A stretch of DNA of 64,000 bases from an uncultured Gemmatimonadales bacterium (GCA_963793305.1 CAWBZV010000005.1:1184001-1248000); one strand, 5' to 3'. Counted from the first letter of the stretch, positions 9,726-21,304 are shown. Made by a program: numbers and translations. The notes: generated from the letters alone by a model not told the origin.

Positions 9726-11474
9726 TTGTGCGTCTCGCTCACGAGAGTCGCGGTAGGCAGGATGCGCTCCGCGTCGATCGGCTGACCGCGGTAATGGTAA
9801 CGCGCGACACCGTACGCCATTTGCTTGAAAGCCGCTGACCGGTCGACCAGCGGAAGAATGTCGACATCGCCCGACCGTTGCGTGGGATGCGCATTGCGGA
9901 TCACGAATGACAAGGCGGGTTTCGCGGCGAAGTCCTTGCCGTCGAACGAGACGAGGCTGTCGATCTTCACATCGGGGATTGTTGTGGACACGAGCGATTG
10001 CAATGTCGCGGTGCGTTCGGCTGTGTCCTGGGTCGGGCTCATCAGCGCGCGTAACCAGAGCTCGAGTGCGCCGCTGGTTGTCACCTCGACTCGGCCCGAA
10101 AACGTGCCGTCGCTAGCTAATTCACCGGTGAGACTGACGACGGATCGATTGGAGTCCGTTGGATCCGGCGGCGTTGTAACGTGCTCGATGTCGCCGGCCG
10201 GATGGACAATCAGCGCGAATTTTCCGGCATCGGTGTAAGGGAGGGTTCCAAATCGGGAAAGCTCCGACGTCGGATCGACATACTGATACCCCGTGGGCTG
10301 CTTGACAGCAACAATCTCGTGGTCGAAAGCCTGGATCGTCGGGAGCGTCGAATCCGGTTGGTTCGTCGCGCTGATCAGGACTGGGAATGCCTGCAGTCCG
10401 ATCAATCCCAGCGCATCGATCAAGAGCGTCGCCTTATCCTTGCAGTCGCCGAACCCCGTCGCGAGCACAGTGTCGGGAAAACGAGGTTGAAATCCGCCGA
10501 GGCCCAACGCGATCTGGACATAGCGGATGTCTTGGGCCACCCACCGGTGTACCGCGCGGACCGAATCAATGAGTGTCGTGGCGTGGGCGACGACGCGTTG
10601 CACCGTGTCCCGGAGCCTGGCGTCTGGTCGGAGGCGGGATGCGGCCAGGCCCGCGACCCAATGTCCGAACGTCAGACCACGTCCCGGGCGCGGTCACGTC
10701 GATACCGACGGCGGCATCGGTGGAATCGACCGGTGGCGCGAACAGCTCTTGCCTGTCCCACAGTACCTGTTGCTTCGTCCATTGATACACGCGCCGGAGT
10801 CCGATCACCGTATCGCGCCGCGCGAAGTCGAGGTGATGCTCGACCATGCGGAGCGACAGATTTTTCGGAGTGTCAATCACGAGCCGTGCTCGCCGTACCG
10901 ACGTTTCTGACCCCAGCCGCCACCGGAGGTAGAAATCGCCGGGTCGATACGGCTTCCAGTTCTCGACAGTCCAACTCGCATCGACCAACGTCCCGGGTGC
11001 GACGCCGCTCAACGACAGCCGGATGACTTTGCGGTGAGCATACACCGGGTCGATCGTTGACGCTTCGACATCGGATTCCTGCATCTGCGATGGCTTCTCG
11101 CTGATGATCGTTCCGTCCGGTTTCAGCACGCGCATCCAATGGATCGTCACGTGCTCATGATCTCGATCGTATTCGAGTGACTGCTCCTGGAGACCTGGCA
11201 CCCCTGTCTGGCGCAGCACCTGGATGACTTGATGCAAGGTTCTGGTGTTGCGCCCATTGGCTTCGACGGTGATCACTGCATTGTCGAGGAGTAGGATCGA
11301 GGCAAGGCCCCGGTATCGCGCGCTGTCGACCGCAAGTCGATAGATGGTGTCGCTACGGATCGATGGAATGCCGCGCGCGGTGATATGCGGCGCCTGGGCT
11401 TGGGCGGGCGCCTCGGCCAGGATCGCGAGCCCGATGAGAAGAAGGAGCCAAAACGATCCAGCGCGCCGGTGCAT
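9726..11474 (-). pseudogene. DUF3857/transglutaminase-domain exported protein, 3'-truncated at the att repeat; also a +1 indel at 10667-10673
   Basis: Signal peptide, N-terminal DUF3857-like region, IRYVQIALGLGG, GFGDCKDKATLL, FDHEIV, YVDPT; the frame then runs into the reverse complement of the tRNA fragment (SGKRDSNPRPQPWQG). Confidence 0.75.
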
Positions 11475-11543
11475 TACCGATACCAGATTGAAGGTGCTCT
11501 TACGATACAGTCGGGGCTGCTCTAGGTCGAGGGAATCCTAGCG

Positions 11544-11585
<42 letters not shown>

Positions 11586-11601
11586 CTGATTTGCAACAAC
11601 G

Positions 11602-12183
11602 TCAGCGTCGGAGCCGCTTGGTTGCAACGGCCGTGCGTTTCGCTGCGGTCTCGTCGTTGGCGCCGGCAAGCAGCGCATCCCAGTCGTCGGGAGGGTTGCC
11701 GGCGTTCAACATCCGGGCGAAGACGGCGTACGCGTCCGTGCGCTTGCCGTAGATGCGGAGCGTTGATTCGTCGTTGACCCAGCCGTAGACGATGATGCGA
11801 GCGTCGGCACGAAAGCGGTAAAACAGTCGAAAACGACCGCCGCCGAACTTGGCACGGAACCAATGCTGGCGGTCGCCGCCGAGCGTGTCGCGCTGCCGGA
11901 ACTCCTTGCTCGCGGGGTCGCGAGGAATGACGTCGAGGATCAGCTTCGTGATGGCGGCGAGCGTCTTGGCGTTGGCGCTGCCTGGTTCGTTCGGATTACG
12001 CGGCGGTTCCCTCTCGATGGCATCGAGGAGCGACTCGAGTTGGTCGAGGAAACACGGGTGAACGAAGAGAATCCACCCGTGGGCTTCGCCAAGCGCAGCG
12101 CCGGCTGCCGCCGCATGTCGACGAGGCGCGGCGCGTGTCGTGCCGGCGGAGCGGGGCTTTCTTCGGCCGCGATGCCTTGCCAC
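11602..12183 (-). CDS. yhaV: YhaV family type II toxin (RelE-like RNase)
   Basis: HGWILFVHPCFLDQL, IPRDP...FRQ..TLG...HWFRAKF, RFRLFYRF, WVNDESTLR.YG..TDAY.VF..ML..GNPPDDW. Confidence 0.92.
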   Translation of the reverse strand: MARHRGRRKPRSAGTTRAAPRRHAAAAGAALGEAHGWILFVHPCFLDQLESLLDAIEREPPRNPNEPGSANAKTLAAITKLILDVIPRDPASKEFRQRDTLGGDRQHWFRAKFGGGRFRLFYRFRADARIIVYGWVNDESTLRIYGKRTDAYAVFARMLNAGNPPDDWDALLAGANDETAAKRTAVATKRLRR

Positions 12184-12189
12184 AGCGAC

Positions 12190-12510
12190 TTAGAGCGCGA
12201 CGGGTCCAGTGATCGGCGCGTCGAGGTCGACCTCGGTCTTCGCCGTGGCGTTGCGCAGGCGAGTGACAAGCGACGGCGAGAGATGCTCGAGGCGCTCAGG
12301 GTGCGCCCTGATGTCGCGAGCGAGCAGGCCGAGGAACCCGGCGAGCGCGGGATCTTGGGTCTCCTCCGCGCGCGCTTTGATGATCAATGCACGATTGCCT
12401 CTGATCACGTACGCGACCTGGTCGCCGGGCGCGAGGTCAAGCGCCTTCCGGACGCCGCTCGGCACGGTGGTCTGGAATTTTGAAGTAATTTTGCTCATCA
12501 AAGTGGCCAT
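12190..12510 (-). CDS. prlF: PrlF (SohA) family antitoxin
   Basis: SKITSKFQTTVPSGVRKAL AbrB fold, DPALAGFLGLLARDIRAHPERL, VDLDAP; immediately upstream of yhaV. Confidence 0.92.
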   Translation of the reverse strand: MATLMSKITSKFQTTVPSGVRKALDLAPGDQVAYVIRGNRALIIKARAEETQDPALAGFLGLLARDIRAHPERLEHLSPSLVTRLRNATAKTEVDLDAPITGPVAL

Positions 12511-12536
12511 GGGATCCTCGCGTTGTATACCAAAAG

Positions 12537-12576
12537 GTAATGCGCTTGCATTGTTTACGCAATGCGTTTGCATTAC
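12537..12576. promoter_or_regulatory. Double palindromic operator upstream of prlF-yhaV
   Basis: AATGC-N4-GCATT at 12539-12552 and 12561-12574, 22 bp apart; the whole block is also an inverted repeat. Confidence 0.75.
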
Positions 12577-12734
12577 CCGACGATGATGGGCATCCTCGAC
12601 GCGGTCGACGTCATCGAGCGTACCCATGACGGAGAAGGTGAGATCGACACGAGTTCAACGCGCGCTTGGTATGGCCCCGCGCAAGGAACTTGGCACTTCC
12701 TAACCCCATGCCGCGGCCGCAAGTTGGGCTGCTC

Positions 12735-13517
12735 ATGAATCGAAATCAGAAGGTCGCCCAGGTGCTGTTCGCGCTTGGAATGATCAGCGTCGGCATGCTG
12801 GTCCTCGTCTACGGGTACGAGGTCCTGCTGTTCAGTCCCCCGCCTCCAGCATGGATCCCGTGGCTCAAAGGCGTTGGCTACGCGTCCGGCATCATCATGG
12901 TAGGAGCGGGCGCCGGCCTGTTGTTCGACCGTACGTCTCGCGTCTCTATCTACATCCTGCTGCCATTCCTGCTCTTGTGGACGCTGTCGAGGGTCCCGGT
13001 CACGGTAGCAGATCCCGGCAGAGAAATCAGCTGGTTCGCCATTGGAGAGGTCGCCGTGCTCGCGGTGGCTGCCTGGACTCTTTTTGCGCGGCTCGCCGGG
13101 TTGAGACCGGGATCGAAGCTTCAACCGCTCGTTTCCGAGCGCGGCCTCAGAATAGCGCGGATCCTCTTCGGGCTCTCGCTGGTGACATACGGACTCTCGC
13201 ATTTTTTCGAGTTCGCCGCTCACACCGTTTCGTTAGTGCCGCCATGGCTTCCGTACCGAACCGCCTGGGCCGATCTGGCGGGCGCCGGACAAATCGCGGC
13301 CGGACTCGGCGTCGTTCTCTCGATCTATCCGCGCTTGGCGGCCGCGAGTGAAGCGGCGATGTTGAGCGTGTTCACGCTTCTTGTCTGGGTCCCCGCGATC
13401 ATCACGAAACCAACGGCGTCTAACTGGGTGGAGTTCCTCTTCACCTTCGCGCTCGCGGGCGCGTGCTGGGTGGTGACCGAGAGCATACCAGCGCGAGCGT
13501 CGTCCTTATCGACGTGA
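12735..13517 (+). CDS. DoxX family membrane protein
   Basis: Multiple TM helices; ARILFGLSL..YGLSHF, SLVPPWLP...WA.L.GAG.IAAG, PRLAA..EA.ML..FTLLVW.P. Confidence 0.75.
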   Translation: MNRNQKVAQVLFALGMISVGMLVLVYGYEVLLFSPPPPAWIPWLKGVGYASGIIMVGAGAGLLFDRTSRVSIYILLPFLLLWTLSRVPVTVADPGREISWFAIGEVAVLAVAAWTLFARLAGLRPGSKLQPLVSERGLRIARILFGLSLVTYGLSHFFEFAAHTVSLVPPWLPYRTAWADLAGAGQIAAGLGVVLSIYPRLAAASEAAMLSVFTLLVWVPAIITKPTASNWVEFLFTFALAGACWVVTESIPARASSLST

Positions 13518-14099
13518 TCGCCGTCGGTATTGGCCGATGATCTGGCCTTCGGCCAGCACATGCTTTCTGGCGGCCGCCGCCAACAGTGCTTTGGTTGCGC
13601 CTTCGGGAAGGTCGAGCGTTGTATCCGCCGCGGAGACGCGGAAGACATAGTGGTGCGTTCCGAAGGGCGGGCAGGGGCCGCCGTATCCGAGCTCGTCGAA
13701 GTCGTTCGTGCCTCGGAGCGCACGCCCCAGCCGGCCAGGCCTCGAACCCGCTGCCTCGGGTATCTCACGCACGTCGGGCGGGACGTTGAAGACAACCCAG
13801 TGAACGAAACCGATCGGCGCATCGCGGTCATCGACAGTGATAATGATGCTTTTCGTCAGCGCCGGCACACCGGAGATACTGAGCGGCGGAGACACGTTGG
13901 AGCTGTCGCACGTGAACGTCGCTGGTATCGTGCCGCCGTCGGGAAAGCTGCGGCTACTGACCATGAGGGTGGCGACCGGTCCACTGGCCAGGCCCGCCTC
14001 GGCCTCGCGGCGACGCACAACAACCCAAGTGGCCAACACGGCCAGCGCAACCAACAGCCCGACCACCGCCCACGAGATCCATCGTCTCTTCTTGATCAT
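13506..14099 (-). CDS. YbhB/YbcL (PEBP) family protein with an N-terminal TM segment
   Basis: GGTIPATFTCD, VSPPL, DDRDAP..FVHWVVFN, GYGGPCPP.GTHHYVFRV; GAGGAG RBS before ATG 14099. Confidence 0.9.
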   Translation of the reverse strand: MIKKRRWISWAVVGLLVALAVLATWVVVRRREAEAGLASGPVATLMVSSRSFPDGGTIPATFTCDSSNVSPPLSISGVPALTKSIIITVDDRDAPIGFVHWVVFNVPPDVREIPEAAGSRPGRLGRALRGTNDFDELGYGGPCPPFGTHHYVFRVSAADTTLDLPEGATKALLAAAARKHVLAEGQIIGQYRRRSRR

Positions 14100-14122
14100 C
14101 CGTCTCCTCAACGCTTAGATAC

Positions 14123-16544
14123 TTGACTCGTAACCATGTGCCCGTACGTCCTATCCCTCGACACAGATTCACTGCGGTGATACGCGTGATCGTGCTCGCG
14201 ATGATCGGCCTCATGGCCACGGTGAATCCGATTCTTCCGGCGACGGACGATCCGCCGCGCCTACCCACCGGGCTCCGACTCGATCCCGCCGGCCGCTCGA
14301 TCCCGGTCGGCAACATGCCGCTCGCTGCGCTGGCATCGCCCGACGGCCGATGGCTGGTGCTGAGCCTCTCGGGATACCGCGAGCAAGGCATTGAGGTCGT
14401 CGACCGCGCGTCCGGCGCGGTCGCGCAGCGCATCACGCAGCCCGGCGCGTTCCTCGGGCTCGCCTGGAGCACTGATGGCGGCACGCTCTACGCATCAGGC
14501 GGGGTAGCCGATGCCGTGTACATATATAGTTGGCGGCCCGACTCCACCCACCCGGCCACATTGGCCGACAGCATCCCGCTCGGCCACCCCGACTCAACCA
14601 ATCCGGGCACGCGCTATCCAGCTGGCATCGCGCTCTCACCCGACGGCCGCACGATGTACGTTGCCGAGAATCTGAGCGACTCGCTCGCTGTCGTGGACCT
14701 CGCGACGCGACGCGTCACCGAGCGGGTGAGTATCGGCCCGTTCCCCTACGGCGTCGCGGTCGCGCCCAGTGGCGATGTGTACGCGTCAGCATGGGGCGCC
14801 GCGTATGTCGCGGTGTTTCACGCGAATGGCAACGGTCGACTCACCGCCGATCACGTCATCGACGTCGGACGCCACCCGTCGGCCCTGCTCCTCAACGCCG
14901 ATGGCAGTCGGCTGTTCGTCGCATCGGCGAGCACCGACCGCGTTGGTGTGGTCGACCCGAAATCGCACCGCGTCCTCCGCTGGCTGCTCGATGCGCCGCC
15001 AGACGGTGTGACCGAGGGCAGCACCCCAAACGCGCTGGCGCTGTCCCAGGACGGCACGCGGTTGTTCGTGGCCGAGGCCGACGCGAACGCGGTCGCGGTG
15101 TTCGACCTCGAGGCGCACGCCTTGGCCGGGCGCATTCCGACCGAATGGTATCCGTCGGCGATCGTCGCCACGGGCGACTCACTGTGGGTCGTCAATGGCA
15201 AGGGCCGGGGCGCCGGTCCAAACCCGCGCGGCCCTCAACCCAACGTTTCGGTCGCCAACATGGAGGTCACGAGCTATACGCTCGGACAACTCAATGGTAC
15301 CATCACGGTCGTCCCCGCAGCCCGCGGAGTCGCGCTCGACGCGCTGTCGGGACGCGTCGCCCGCGCGAACGGATGGAACCGACCACGCGCACCACGTGCG
15401 CACTATCCGCCGTTCACGCACGTGGTCTACATCATCAAAGAGAACCGCACCTACGACCAGGTGCTCGGCGATCTCACACAGGCCGATGGTGACACGTCGC
15501 TCCTCTTCTTCCCACGCGCGATCTCGCCCAACCATCACGCGCTCGCGGAGCGATTCGGCATCTTCGACCGGTTCTTCACGAACGCCGAGGTGAGCGAGCA
15601 AGGGCATCAGTGGTCGACCGCCGCGTACGTGACGGACTACTCCGAGAAAAACACGCCCTCCACCTATCGTGGCAAGCGCCCGGAGCCGGACGAGCTGGGC
15701 GAAACGGACGAGCCGGCCAACGGCTATTTGTGGGACGCCGCGCGAAAGAAAGGCATCACGTTCCGGGATTACGGCGAGTACGTCGAGCGCCTGCAACGTG
15801 ACTCCAGCCGTCCGCCGGTCAACCGCGCGCTCAAGCCCGCGCTCGCACCATTCGCCAGTCCGATCTATCCGCCGTTCGACCTCACGATACGCGATCAGGC
15901 CCGAGCCGACGCATGGCTCACCGAGCTGCACGAGTTCGAGCGCACCGGACGGATGCCGGCGCTCGAGATTCTGCACCTGCCGTCGGACCACACATCCGGT
16001 CCGCGGACCGGCATGCCCACACCTCGAGCCTACATGGCTGACAACGACCTGGCGCTGGGACGCATTATCGAAGGACTTTCACGGTCGCGCTTCTGGGCCC
16101 ACACCGTCGTGTTCGTTCTCGAGGACGATGCACAAGATGGTCCCGACCACGTCGACTCGCACCGCTCGGTGATGTTGGCGATCTCGGCCTGGAATCGCGG
16201 TGGCGTGTCGCATCGGTTCGTCAATACCACCGATGTCGTAGCGACCATCGAAGAGATACTGGGACTCGGATCACTCTCCCAATTCGATCACTTCGGCCGG
16301 GCACTGCATGACATTCTGGAGCGCCCATCCCGACTTGCGTCCGTACGTGGCGCTGACACCAGCGCAGCCGCTTGCCGAGCTGAACATCGCCAGCGGGCCG
16401 GACCCGGACGTCGACTACTCGCGTCCAGATCGAGTTGACGATGCGTTGTTCAATCACCTCCTGTGGCGCGAGATCAAGGGACCCACGGTGCCGTATCCCA
16501 CGATCCACCGTGCCGCGGTGCAGGAATTCGTGCGCGGACAATGA
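14123..16544 (+). CDS. YncE-like beta-propeller plus phosphoesterase/alkaline-phosphatase-family protein; +1 indel near 16315; start may be further downstream
   Basis: SPDG repeats, IIKENRTYDQVLGD, GHQWS, LPSDHTSG, ADNDLALGR, EDDAQDGPDHVDSHRS; C-terminus in the next frame (WSAHPDLRPY...LWREIKG). Confidence 0.85.
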
Positions 16545-16626
16545 AACACCTTACCCGTCCGCCGCCGCTCATCCCGTAGTGCCGATACTAGTGCCACCTC
16601 CGCTAAGACGGGTAGATTAGGGGTCA

Positions 16627-17878
16627 ATGTCCGCCCCAGTCGACCTCTCCAAGCTGCGGATTGACCGCGATGCTCGGTCGCCGGCGCCAGTACGAAGGGC
16701 GCTCATGCGCAACGTGGCATTGTTCGTCGTAGCGGTTGTGGTCGTGGCGGCGGCGCTGACGATCGTGAGCGCGCGTTCGGTTCCCACCATCCAGGTCGTG
16801 ACCGCGAGCGCGGTCGGCGGGAGCGGCGCGCCTGGCAGTGGCGCTACGAGTGTGACCGCGAACGGCTATGTCGTCGCCCGAACCAAAGCGTCGGTGTCGG
16901 CGAAAATCCCTGGACGTTCTCGCGTATCTGGGCGTCAGTGAGGGCTCGTTCGTCCGAAGCGGTGACGTGATCGCGCGGTTGGACAACGCCGATTATGAAG
17001 CCGCGGTCGCCCAGGCCCAAGCGAACATCGCGTCCGCCGATGCCAGCGTCATCGAAGCGCGCGCCGATCGCGACCAGCTCCTGCACGACTCGAACCGCGC
17101 GCGCGACATCCGCGCCGGCAATCCCGCGCTCATGTCGGAACAGGAACTGGAGCTGGCGACGAGCAAGACCGCGCAGGCCGAAGCACGGTTGAATGCGGCC
17201 GTGGCACGCGAGCGCGCGGCAGAGGCGGGGCTGCACCTGGCGGAAGCGAACAACGAGAATACGATCATCCACGCGCCCTTTACGGGCACCGTGTTGCACA
17301 AGGACGCCGAGGTCGGCGAAGTCGTGGCACCGTCAGTCGGCGGCGGCCTCACGCGCGGCGCGGTCGTCACGATGGCCGACCTGTCGACGCTGGAGGTCGA
17401 GGTCGACGTGAACGAGGCATACATCGGGCGGATCCGCAACGGTGGTGCGGCGCGCGTCACGCTCGACGCGTATCCCGACACCGCATTCCATGGCTCTGTG
17501 CGACAAGTGGTGCCCACCGCTGACCGCCAGCGTGCGACGGTCCAGGTGAAGGTGTCGATCCACGATCACGATGCGCGCATCCTGCCAGAGATGGGCGCCA
17601 AGGTGGACTTCCTCGCGCCGGATTCGGTGTCCGTCGCGACGGCCGGCGCGCCGCCATCGCCGCCCGTGATTCGCGTTCCCGCGGCCGCGGTCAAGACCGA
17701 TGGGGGTGCGAGCGTTGTGTGGATCGCGCGTGACGGACGGCTGTTGCGACGGCCTGTGATCACGGGGCCGGTGAGCGCGGGGTTCCTCGAGGTCCGCTCG
17801 GGCCTCAGCGGCGGCGAGCAGTTGCTCGTGAGCGGCGTCGCCGCCCCAGTCGATCGGATGAAAGTAAAGGTTCAGTAG
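16627..17878 (+). CDS. Efflux periplasmic adaptor (MacA/HlyD-like); +1 indel at 16913-16919
   Basis: TANGYVVARTKASVSAKIPGR joins LAYLGVSEG; IHAPFTGTV, LEVEVDVNEAYI, ILPEMG. Confidence 0.9.
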
Positions 17879-17912
17879 ACCGTCCCACCCCCCTTCTTCA
17901 CTACAGGCACCC

Positions 17913-18608
17913 ATGGCACTCGTCGAGATTCGCGATGTCTCGAAGTCGTTCAAGCGTGAAGCGCAGACGGTCGACGTTTACGCCGATCTCACCATCGATT
18001 TCGAAGAAGGCAGCTACACCGCGCTGATGGGGCCGTCGGGATCCGGGAAGTCGACACTGCTCAATCTCGTGGCGGGACTCGACCGGCCGACGAGCGGCAC
18101 CGTGCGCGTGGCGGGCGCGGAGGTGAGCGCGATGACCGCGTCGCAGCTCGCGGACTGGCGCGCGCGGACCATCGGCTTCGTGTTCCAGTCGTACAACCTG
18201 TTGCCGGTGCTGACGGCGCATCAGAACGTCGAGCTGCCGCTGCTGCTCACGCGCCTGAGCAAGAAGGAGCGCGCGGAGCGCACCGCGCTGGCCCTCAACG
18301 TCGTGGGACTCGGAGACCGCGTCGATCATTTTCCCCGCCAGCTCTCGGGTGGCCAGGAACAGCGCGTCGCGATCGCGCGCGCCATCGTCGCCGATCCGAC
18401 CCTCATCCTCCTCGACGAGCCGACCGGCCAGCTCGACTCGAAGAGCTCGGAGGAAGTGCTGGTGCTCCTACGCCGGCTGAATGATGAGTTTCGGAAGACC
18501 ATCATGATGGTGACACACGACGCCCGAGCCGCGGACAACGCGAAAACGGTGCTGCACCTGGAGAAGGGTGTGCTGCTCGAGCGCGCAGGGGCGGAGGTGG
18601 GCCGATGA
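17913..18608 (+). CDS. ABC transporter ATP-binding protein (LolD/MacB type)
   Basis: GPSGSGKS, LSGGQEQR, LLDEPTG, VTHD. Confidence 0.95.
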   Translation: MALVEIRDVSKSFKREAQTVDVYADLTIDFEEGSYTALMGPSGSGKSTLLNLVAGLDRPTSGTVRVAGAEVSAMTASQLADWRARTIGFVFQSYNLLPVLTAHQNVELPLLLTRLSKKERAERTALALNVVGLGDRVDHFPRQLSGGQEQRVAIARAIVADPTLILLDEPTGQLDSKSSEEVLVLLRRLNDEFRKTIMMVTHDARAADNAKTVLHLEKGVLLERAGAEVGR

Positions 18609-19744
18609 GATTCCTCCCGCTCGTCCTCGCGAATCTCAAGCGACACCGGCTGCGCACGACCCTCACGACGTTGAGCGTGACGCTCGCGCTCTTTCTGTTC
18701 GCGACGCTGCGTTCGGTGACGACGACACTCGACGGCGGCTCGCGGGTCTCGAGCGCCTCGCGGATGATTGTCCAGAATTCGACCGCGTTCGTCATTCCGC
18801 TGCCGATGAGCTACGCCGCGCGGTTGGCGTCGGTGCCGCACGTCGAGTCGGTCACGTGGGCCAACTGGTTCGGTGGCAAATATGGCGATGGCAAGAAGTT
18901 CTTCGCGCAGTTCGCCATCGCGCCGGAGTCCTACCTGGCGATGTATCCGGAACTGCAGGTGCCCGAGGATCAGAAGCAGGCATTTCTCAAGGAGCGGTCG
19001 GCAGCGCTGATCGGCGATGGGCTGGTGCGCACCTTCGGTTGGAAGGTGGGCGACAACGTGACTCTCCAGGGCACGATCTTCCCGGGCGACTGGACCTTCA
19101 CCATCCGCGGGATCTATCACCCCACGGTGAAAGAGTACGGTGACGAGTCGTTCATGTTCCACTACGACTACCTGTACGAGAAGTATCCCGACCGCGTCAC
19201 GCCCGGCTGGTTCATCATGAAGATCGACGATCCGAATGCGGCGCCGGCGGTGGCGAGGACCATCGACGATCAGTTTCGCAACTCGGTCGCGCCGACGAAA
19301 ACGGGGACCGAGAAGGCGTTCGCTGCCGGGTGGGCGAGCATGTGGGGGAACGTGCGGCTCCTGATGAGTACCATCGGGATGGCCGTCGTGTTCGCCATCC
19401 TGCTCGTCACCGGCAACGCGATGATGATGAACCAGCGCGAGCGGATACCCGAGGTGGCAGTCATGAAGACGGTCGGGTTTTCGGATCGTCGCATCTTTGG
19501 GCTGGTGATCGTCGAGGCGGCCGTGATCTCGATGACCGGAGCGGTACTCGGTCTCGGCGCGGCGGTGCTGATGCCGATCGTCACCGGATTCGGCGGCGGC
19601 TTCCTCCCGAATTTTCACGTCACGCCCGGTACGCTCCTGGTAGGCGGGTCGGTCGCGGTGCTCCTGACTGTGGCGAGCGGTATCTTCCCCGCTTGGCAGG
19701 CGGCCAAACTTCCCGTCGTGCAGGCGCTGCGGAGAGTCGAGTGA
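18605..19744 (+). CDS. ABC transporter permease (MacB/FtsX type)
   Basis: One TM, periplasmic domain, three TM; RERIPEVAVMKTVGF motif. Confidence 0.9.
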   Translation: MRFLPLVLANLKRHRLRTTLTTLSVTLALFLFATLRSVTTTLDGGSRVSSASRMIVQNSTAFVIPLPMSYAARLASVPHVESVTWANWFGGKYGDGKKFFAQFAIAPESYLAMYPELQVPEDQKQAFLKERSAALIGDGLVRTFGWKVGDNVTLQGTIFPGDWTFTIRGIYHPTVKEYGDESFMFHYDYLYEKYPDRVTPGWFIMKIDDPNAAPAVARTIDDQFRNSVAPTKTGTEKAFAAGWASMWGNVRLLMSTIGMAVVFAILLVTGNAMMMNQRERIPEVAVMKTVGFSDRRIFGLVIVEAAVISMTGAVLGLGAAVLMPIVTGFGGGFLPNFHVTPGTLLVGGSVAVLLTVASGIFPAWQAAKLPVVQALRRVE

Positions 19745-20907
19745 AGATCCCTTTCGTCTACAACGTCCGCAGCGTGACGCAACGGCCGGTGTCCACGGGG
19801 TTGACCGCGCTCGGCATCGCGCTCGTCGTGGCGGTGTTCGTGGCGATGCTCGCGCTGGCGAATGGGTTTATCGCCGCGCTGGTAACGACTGGCTCGCCGG
19901 ATAACGTGCTGTTGCTCCGGCGCGGGGCCGACAGTGAGCTGTCCAGCGGGATCCCGCGCGAGGCGATCAGCATCATCAGCGCGTCGCCGCACATCGCCAT
20001 CGGTTCGGACGGACGGCCGCTCGTGAGCCCAGAGACCTACATCGTCCTCAACCTTCGCCGGCCCGGCGGGGACGAGTTCACCGTAGCCAACGTCGTCGCG
20101 CGCGGGATCTCGGAGAAAGCGTGGGACGTCCGACGCAACATCAAGATCATCGAAGGGCGCCGCTTCGGGTCCGGACAGAGCGAAATCTGCGTGGGCTCGA
20201 AGCTGCTCGGGCGCTTCGCCAACGTGGCGGTGGGCGACGTGCTGCGTTTCGGCAACCGGAACTGGAACGTCGTGTGCCGCTTCACCGCTGACGGATCGGC
20301 CTTCGAGTCGGAGATCTGGGGCGAGAACGAGCAGTTCCAGAACGTGTTCCGTGGCGACGCGTTTCAGGCCGTGGCCTTCCGTCTCAAGGACCCGGGCGGC
20401 TTCGAGGAGGCCAAGACGGCATTTCTGGCCGACCCCCGCATTCAAGTGGACGCGCATCGCGAGTCGGAATTCTACGCCAACCAGTCGGCGGTGCTCGGCA
20501 ACATCCTGCGTTTCCTGGCGATCTTCATCACGGGCATCATGTCCATCGGCGCGGTCTTCGGCGCGGTGAACACGATGTACGCCGCGGTGAGCTCGCGGAC
20601 ACCGGAGATCGCGGTCCTGCTGACGCTGGGCTTCCACCCGCGCAGCATCCTGGCGAGCTTCCTCGCCGAGTCGGCGGTGATTGCGCTGCTCGGCGGCGTG
20701 ATCGGCTGCCTGCTGGCCCTTCCCATCAACGGCGTGGTCACCAGCACCACCAACTTCGCCAGCTTCAGCGAAATTGCGTTCGCGTTCCGGGTGACGCCCA
20801 CCCTCCTGCTCATGGGCGTCGTCTTCGGCCTCGTCATGGGCATCGTCGGCGGGTTCTTTCCGGCGCGGCGCGCGTCGCGGCTGCCAGTCATTCAAGCGTT
20901 GCGCTGA
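19741..20907 (+). CDS. ABC transporter permease (MacB/FtsX type)
   Basis: GTG start overlaps the previous stop; NTMYAAVSSRTPEIAVLLTLGF, PARRASRLP. Confidence 0.9.
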   Translation: MKIPFVYNVRSVTQRPVSTGLTALGIALVVAVFVAMLALANGFIAALVTTGSPDNVLLLRRGADSELSSGIPREAISIISASPHIAIGSDGRPLVSPETYIVLNLRRPGGDEFTVANVVARGISEKAWDVRRNIKIIEGRRFGSGQSEICVGSKLLGRFANVAVGDVLRFGNRNWNVVCRFTADGSAFESEIWGENEQFQNVFRGDAFQAVAFRLKDPGGFEEAKTAFLADPRIQVDAHRESEFYANQSAVLGNILRFLAIFITGIMSIGAVFGAVNTMYAAVSSRTPEIAVLLTLGFHPRSILASFLAESAVIALLGGVIGCLLALPINGVVTSTTNFASFSEIAFAFRVTPTLLLMGVVFGLVMGIVGGFFPARRASRLPVIQALR

Positions 20908-20963
20908 CTCGGCTTCCCGCGGGGCCGATCAGCTCCCACGCGCCGATCACTCCGCGCGCAAGG

Positions 20964-21304
20964 CGCCGGGTTGAGACCGGAATCCAAGCTTCAACCGCTC
21001 GTTTCCGAGCAAGGCCTCCGAATAGCGCGGATCCTCTTCTGGCTCTCGTTACTGAGCGAGTGAAGCGGCAATGTTGAGTATCTTCACGATTCTCGTCTGG
21101 GTCCCCGCGATCGTCACGAAACCAACGGCGTCCAACTGGGTGGAGTTCCTCTTCACCTTCGCGCTGGCGGGCGCTTCCTGGGTGGTGGCCGAGAGCATAC
21201 CAGGAAAGAGGTTGGGAGCTCCGGACCAGCGCGACTCCGAGTCGCAGCCTGGGCGCGCGCGCGCGTCGTCCTCACCGACGTGATCGCCGTCGTTCCGAAG
21301 GGCG
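20964..21304 (+). pseudogene. Internally deleted remnant of a DoxX-ybhB locus similar to 13094-13669
   Basis: 20964-21048 matches 13094-13178; 21056-21203 matches 13344-13491; about 21256-21292 matches 13490-13526; 21291-21304 matches 13656-13669. Confidence 0.85.

Noticed and set aside
12580..12670. Possible gene fragment between prlF and the DoxX gene
   Set aside because: Short, with no family I can recognise.
16552..16614. TACCCGTC/GACGGGTA inverted repeat before the ABC exporter as a riboswitch
   Set aside because: An 8-bp stem with no recognisable aptamer consensus; insufficient support.
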